Source: an uncultured delta proteobacterium (GTDB lineage Bacteria; Desulfobacterota; Binatia; Binatales; Binataceae). Taken from it: DNA of 64,000 nt. Of the stretch, positions 60,087 to 64,000 are shown piece by piece (position 1 is the stretch's first letter; every line of letters begins with the position of its first letter). Under the pieces are notes generated by a model. It saw nothing but the letters and a program-made list of their open reading frames with translations, made no database searches and was not told where the DNA came from. The stretch is from NCBI GenBank assembly GCA_963744545.1, contig CAVUUH010000044.1:34140-98139 (forward strand). The letters are read 5' to 3'. Made by a program: the position numbers and the translations under genes.

Positions 60087-61082
60087 ATGCATATCGAAAC
60101 GCTAAAGGTCTTCTGCGACATAATCGAGAGTGGAAGCTTTTCTTATGCCGCTTCGCAAAACTTCGTTACTCAATCGGCGGTCAGCCAGCAGGTCCGCAGC
60201 CTGGAAGAAAAGTACGACTGCCGATTGATAGAACGCGGACGAGCCGGAGTCAAACCGACGCCGGCCGGCCAGATTCTCTACACCGCCAGCAAGGAAATCG
60301 TGCGCCGCTTCCTCGAACTCGAGAATCGGCTGCGCGAGATCGGCTCGGTGGTCGCGGGATCGATTCGGGTAGGCACCGTTTACAGCGTCGGCTTGCACGA
60401 GTTGCCGCCCTATCTGACCGAATTTCTCCGCAATTTTCCAGCCGTCAACGTGCATCTCGAGTATCTACGCTCGAACAAGATTTACGAAGACCTCATCGAG
60501 GGCAAAGTCGATCTCGGCGTCGTTGCGTATCCAGCCAAGCGGAGCCAGGTCGTATCGGTGCCGTTTCGGCATGACGAACTTGTGCTCGCGGTGCCACCCG
60601 ACAATCCGCTCGCGAAGCATTCGAAGGTGAATGTCGGACAGTTGGTGGGTCAGAAGTTCGTCGGCTACGAACGCGACATCCCGACTCGCAAGGCTTCCGA
60701 TCGAATCCTGCGCGAGCACGGCGTCAAGCCGACTTACGTGCTCGAATTCGACAACATCGAGACCATCAAGCGCGCGGTCGAGATTGGTCTCGGATGCGCG
60801 ATCGTGCCGCGGATGACGGTCGAGAACGAGGTCCTGCGCGGCACTCTGCGGATGCTCGAGTTTCAGGAAGGCACGTTTCTCCGCCCGCTCGCGATCATCT
60901 ACAAGCGCGGCCGCGAGCTGTCGCCGGCGGTGCGCAAATTTATCGAGGTGCTGACCACCAGCAATATCGTCCCCCGCGCCCGTGGCGACAAGACGGTAGA
61001 CAAGCCCGAGCGGCCCGCGCGAGGGGAGCGCGCTGAACGCAACAGCGACTCGAATAACGAGAAGGCCGAGAAGACGGCATAG
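60087..61082 (+). CDS. LysR family transcriptional regulator (divergent from gcdH)
   Basis: 'LKVFCDIIESGSFSYAASQNFVTQSAVSQQVRSLEEKY'. Confidence 0.9.
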   Translation: MHIETLKVFCDIIESGSFSYAASQNFVTQSAVSQQVRSLEEKYDCRLIERGRAGVKPTPAGQILYTASKEIVRRFLELENRLREIGSVVAGSIRVGTVYSVGLHELPPYLTEFLRNFPAVNVHLEYLRSNKIYEDLIEGKVDLGVVAYPAKRSQVVSVPFRHDELVLAVPPDNPLAKHSKVNVGQLVGQKFVGYERDIPTRKASDRILREHGVKPTYVLEFDNIETIKRAVEIGLGCAIVPRMTVENEVLRGTLRMLEFQEGTFLRPLAIIYKRGRELSPAVRKFIEVLTTSNIVPRARGDKTVDKPERPARGERAERNSDSNNEKAEKTA

Positions 61083-61155
61083 GCGCGCTCGATAACGATT
61101 CAGGACAATAAGCGGCCGGGTCATCGCGACTCGGCCGTTTTTATTTTCGGCATAT

Positions 61156-62340
61156 GTGCTAGAGAAAAACGCGATGTCCCCGGAAGCGAAGATCCTGCTC
61201 GGTGCCGTCCGCGATCTCGCGCCGTCGATCAGTGCGCGCAGCGCGGAGATCGATACGGCCCGGCGGCTGCCTCTCGATTTGCTCGCACAACTCACCGACG
61301 CGGGATGCTTCCGTATGTTCGTGCCGAAGAGTCACGGCGGCCTCGACATAGACGTGCCTGCCAGCATGGAAATCATCGAGACGCTTGCGTGCGCCGATGG
61401 TTCCACCGGATGGGTCGTGATGATCGGATCCGAGACGCCGATGTTCCTGGCGCTCCTCTCCCGCAAGCACTTCGACAGCATCTACACCAACGGCCCTGAC
61501 GTGATAATCGCGGGCGGGTTCGCACCTCGCGGGCAGGCTAAATTGGTTGACGGCAACTATCGCGTCAGCGGGCGATGGGGTTTCGCCAGCGGATGCCAGC
61601 ATAGCCAGTGGCTGTTCGGCAATTGCATCGTGACGGAAAACGGCACTCCTCGTGCCGGCGTGATTCCGGGCACGGCGGAAGCGCGCGCGATGATGTTCGC
61701 GCCGTCGAAGGCGCAAATCCTCGACACCTGGTCGGTGAACGGACTGCGCGGAACCGGCAGTCACGATATCGCGGTCGAAAATCTTACGGTACCTGCGGAC
61801 GACAGCTTCGATATTTTTTTCGGACGCCCGTGCGTCGAGACGCCGTCGATGGCGGAGCCGCTGCTCTATGCCGCCTTGCATATCGGGGCGGTCGCGATTG
61901 GGATTGCGCAGCGCGCGATCACCGAGATCGTCGCACTCGGCAGCACCAACAAGCGCCGCCTCTACGCGAGCGCGTCGCTCGCCGAGAGTCCGCTCTTTCA
62001 ATATCGAGTGGGACACGCGGACACGAGTCTGCGCGCCGCCCGCAACCTCGTGCGCAGCCAGGCCGATGCCGTATGGAATTCGGCAGTGGCGGGGAATCCG
62101 GTTTCAATCGACGGACGCGCGCCGGTGATGGCCGCAATCACGTGGGCGGTCCAAACCTGCGCCGCCGTCGTCGATACGTGTTACAAAGCGGGCGGCGGCA
62201 CCTCGCCGTACGACGGCTCCTCGCTTCAGCGATGCATGCGCGACATTCAGACGCTGACGCAACACGCCGCCGTCGCAGAGTCATGGATGACAACAGCCGG
62301 CGCAACAATCCTGGGCCGCCCAACCGGCTTCTCGGTTTAG
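61156..62340 (+). CDS. acyl-CoA dehydrogenase-fold protein (second HsaA-like putative monooxygenase); start may be the ATG at 61174
   Basis: 'ARRLPLDLLAQLTDAGCFRMFVPKSHGGLDIDVPASMEIIETLACADGSTGWV'. Confidence 0.8.
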   Translation: MLEKNAMSPEAKILLGAVRDLAPSISARSAEIDTARRLPLDLLAQLTDAGCFRMFVPKSHGGLDIDVPASMEIIETLACADGSTGWVVMIGSETPMFLALLSRKHFDSIYTNGPDVIIAGGFAPRGQAKLVDGNYRVSGRWGFASGCQHSQWLFGNCIVTENGTPRAGVIPGTAEARAMMFAPSKAQILDTWSVNGLRGTGSHDIAVENLTVPADDSFDIFFGRPCVETPSMAEPLLYAALHIGAVAIGIAQRAITEIVALGSTNKRRLYASASLAESPLFQYRVGHADTSLRAARNLVRSQADAVWNSAVAGNPVSIDGRAPVMAAITWAVQTCAAVVDTCYKAGGGTSPYDGSSLQRCMRDIQTLTQHAAVAESWMTTAGATILGRPTGFSV

Positions 62341-62353
62341 AGAAAGTCTGATT

Positions 62354-62506
62354 CCCTCCTCCTACGTGGGAGGAGGGTTAGGGTGGAGGACATTTGCGCC
62401 GCGCGATTGTCTGTTGCGCCGCATGCTGCGGGACGGAATTCGGAATCAAGGTCCTCCACCCGACGCCCGCGGACGAGCGTCGGCCTCCCCCCACTGTGGG
62501 GGAGGC
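62354..62506. terminator. cluster of three polypurine/polypyrimidine inverted repeats between convergent genes
   Basis: ccctcctcc/ggaggaggg (62354-62377, 6-nt loop); gggtggagga/tcctccaccc (62381-62390 and 62452-62461); gcctcccccc.../tgggggaggc (62483-62506, one bulged c). Confidence 0.5.
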
Positions 62507-62513
62507 GAGGATT

Positions 62514-63932
62514 TCACATCGGCGGCTTCTGATACCCGCCCAGCGCGGTTTCCGCCGCCTTCGCGACTGCGAGCACGGTCTCCTCGCCGAATGCGCGCCC
62601 GTTTATCTGGAGCCCGATCGGCAACCCCTCGCGATCTTTCCCGCACGGCACGACCACGCCGGGCAGTCCTGCGCAGTTGCCCCACGCCACGGGCCATCCA
62701 GCGAAAAAGTGCGGGTATTTCTTGCCGTCGATTTCGACCTCGGTCGCGCCATGCTTGAACGCAGTGACGCAGAAGGTCGGGCCGAGAATGATCGGATAGC
62801 GTTCCATGAACTCCGCCATCTGTACGCGCCACGCGTCACGTTCCATCGCGATCTTAAAAAACTCGGCCGCCGACTTTTTCTCGCCCGCAACCATGAGATT
62901 TCGCAGCCGATCGCGCGAAAGCTTGAGGGCCTCGCCCAGCGCTTCCATCACCAGTTGATTTCCGTCCGCGCCCGAGTACGCGAACCACAGGCGCTCGCCT
63001 TCATCGACGGGCGGCTTCACCGCTTCAACCACGATTCCCATCTTCTGCAGCTCGCGTCCCGCGCGCTCGATCGCGGCGCGCGTATCGGATGTCACGGGAA
63101 CGTTGCACGCGTCGGTAAAGATCGCGCATCGAACTTTTTTCAGATCGATCGTTTCAGGATGAGCTTCGGGCGTTGGTACAGTGTACGGCGAACTCGGATG
63201 CGGTCCCTTCACGACGTTGTAAGCGAGCGTGAGATCGTCGACAAAGCGCGCCATCGGGCCGATCGTCGCCATGTGCGCGATCGGCGGCGGCGCGGCGATG
63301 CTGGGCGCCATATGCCCGCTGCCGGGAATCGTTCCCCAGGTCGGCTTGAGGCCGACGATACCGCAGAAATGGGACGGCACGCGGATCGATCCGCGATAGT
63401 CGGAACCCATGCCCAGCGGCGACATCCCGACTGCGAGCGCCGCGGCCTCGCCGCCGCTCGATCCGCCGGGTACGCGCTCATGATTCCACGGATTGTTGGT
63501 CTGGCCGAAGACCGGATTATCGCAGTCGTAGTCCATCGTCATTTCGGGCGTGTTGGTTTTCCCGATGACGATCGCGCCCGCGGCGCGCAGCCGCGCAACG
63601 GTCGGCGCATCCTGCTTGGCCACGTGATGCTCGAAATGTTTCATGCCCCAGGTCGAGCGCACGCCCTCGGTGATTATCGAATCCTTAATCGTGATCGGCA
63701 GCCCTTCGAGCGGGCGAACCTCGCCTTTGCCGGACAGACGCTGGTCGGATTCCTCAGCCTCGCGCGCCGCGCGATCTTCGACGAGGGTGACGACCGCATT
63801 GAGGCCATGATTGACCGACTCGATCCGCTCGATAAAAGCGTCGACCATTTCGACCGAAGAAACGTCGCGCGCCCGCAGCATCGCAGCCAGTTTGTGCGCA
63901 GGAGCAAAAAACAGATCGTCAGAAAATGCCAT
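62514..63932 (-). CDS. amidase (amidase-signature family)
   Basis: 'VPGGSSGGEAAALAVGMSPLGMGSDYRGSIRVPSHFCGIVGLKPT'. Confidence 0.9.
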   Translation of the reverse strand: MAFSDDLFFAPAHKLAAMLRARDVSSVEMVDAFIERIESVNHGLNAVVTLVEDRAAREAEESDQRLSGKGEVRPLEGLPITIKDSIITEGVRSTWGMKHFEHHVAKQDAPTVARLRAAGAIVIGKTNTPEMTMDYDCDNPVFGQTNNPWNHERVPGGSSGGEAAALAVGMSPLGMGSDYRGSIRVPSHFCGIVGLKPTWGTIPGSGHMAPSIAAPPPIAHMATIGPMARFVDDLTLAYNVVKGPHPSSPYTVPTPEAHPETIDLKKVRCAIFTDACNVPVTSDTRAAIERAGRELQKMGIVVEAVKPPVDEGERLWFAYSGADGNQLVMEALGEALKLSRDRLRNLMVAGEKKSAAEFFKIAMERDAWRVQMAEFMERYPIILGPTFCVTAFKHGATEVEIDGKKYPHFFAGWPVAWGNCAGLPGVVVPCGKDREGLPIGLQINGRAFGEETVLAVAKAAETALGGYQKPPM

Positions 63933-64000
63933 GAAAAACCACCTCGCGTGATTCAGGAAATAGCATCGCGCCAGAAGTATTGCACGCCCGCAGACAATGC

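Noticed and set aside
62366-62758. 130-aa plus-strand ORF
   Set aside because: It spans the terminator hairpins and the antisense of the amidase gene, and its Arg/Pro-rich composition marks it as a shadow ORF.

Overview
High-GC (by eye about 60-65%) chromosomal segment of a diderm bacterium, probably an environmental or draft assembly. The housekeeping backbone includes kdsB-pyrG-kdsA-lptC-lptA-rpoN-hpf-ptsN-rapZ, ftsH, a PBP5-type carboxypeptidase, metK-ahcY, class-I lysK, hemW, murJ and hldE. It also includes a four-gene translationally coupled MlaA/MlaC plus ABC-2 transporter operon and a 12-kb catabolic cluster (SDRs, an HpaB/AbfD-family enzyme, an alpha/beta hydrolase, ACAD-fold enzymes, VOC, gcdH, LysR, an amidase). 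Two AT-richer islands resolve by direct reading into complete cargo-carrying transposons with terminal inverted repeats and 8-bp target-site duplications. One is IS1-family (3163-6072) and one is IS1595-family (39291-41520). Each carries small uncharacterised ORFs, which are the best candidates for an undescribed accessory system. Other notable items are a sigma-70 region-4 domain fused to a BFN nuclease domain, and an LptA with a roughly 300-aa Ala/Pro-rich extension and no lptB before rpoN. There is also a near-consensus sigma-54 promoter before a His-rich secreted peptide, two different HigBA modules, and nested palindromic repeats. About 18 frame changes affect 11 genes, several of them essential, so assembly indels are likely. 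A sulfite-reductase gene with at least 6 frame changes looks truly decayed. No rRNA, tRNA or CRISPR was seen.
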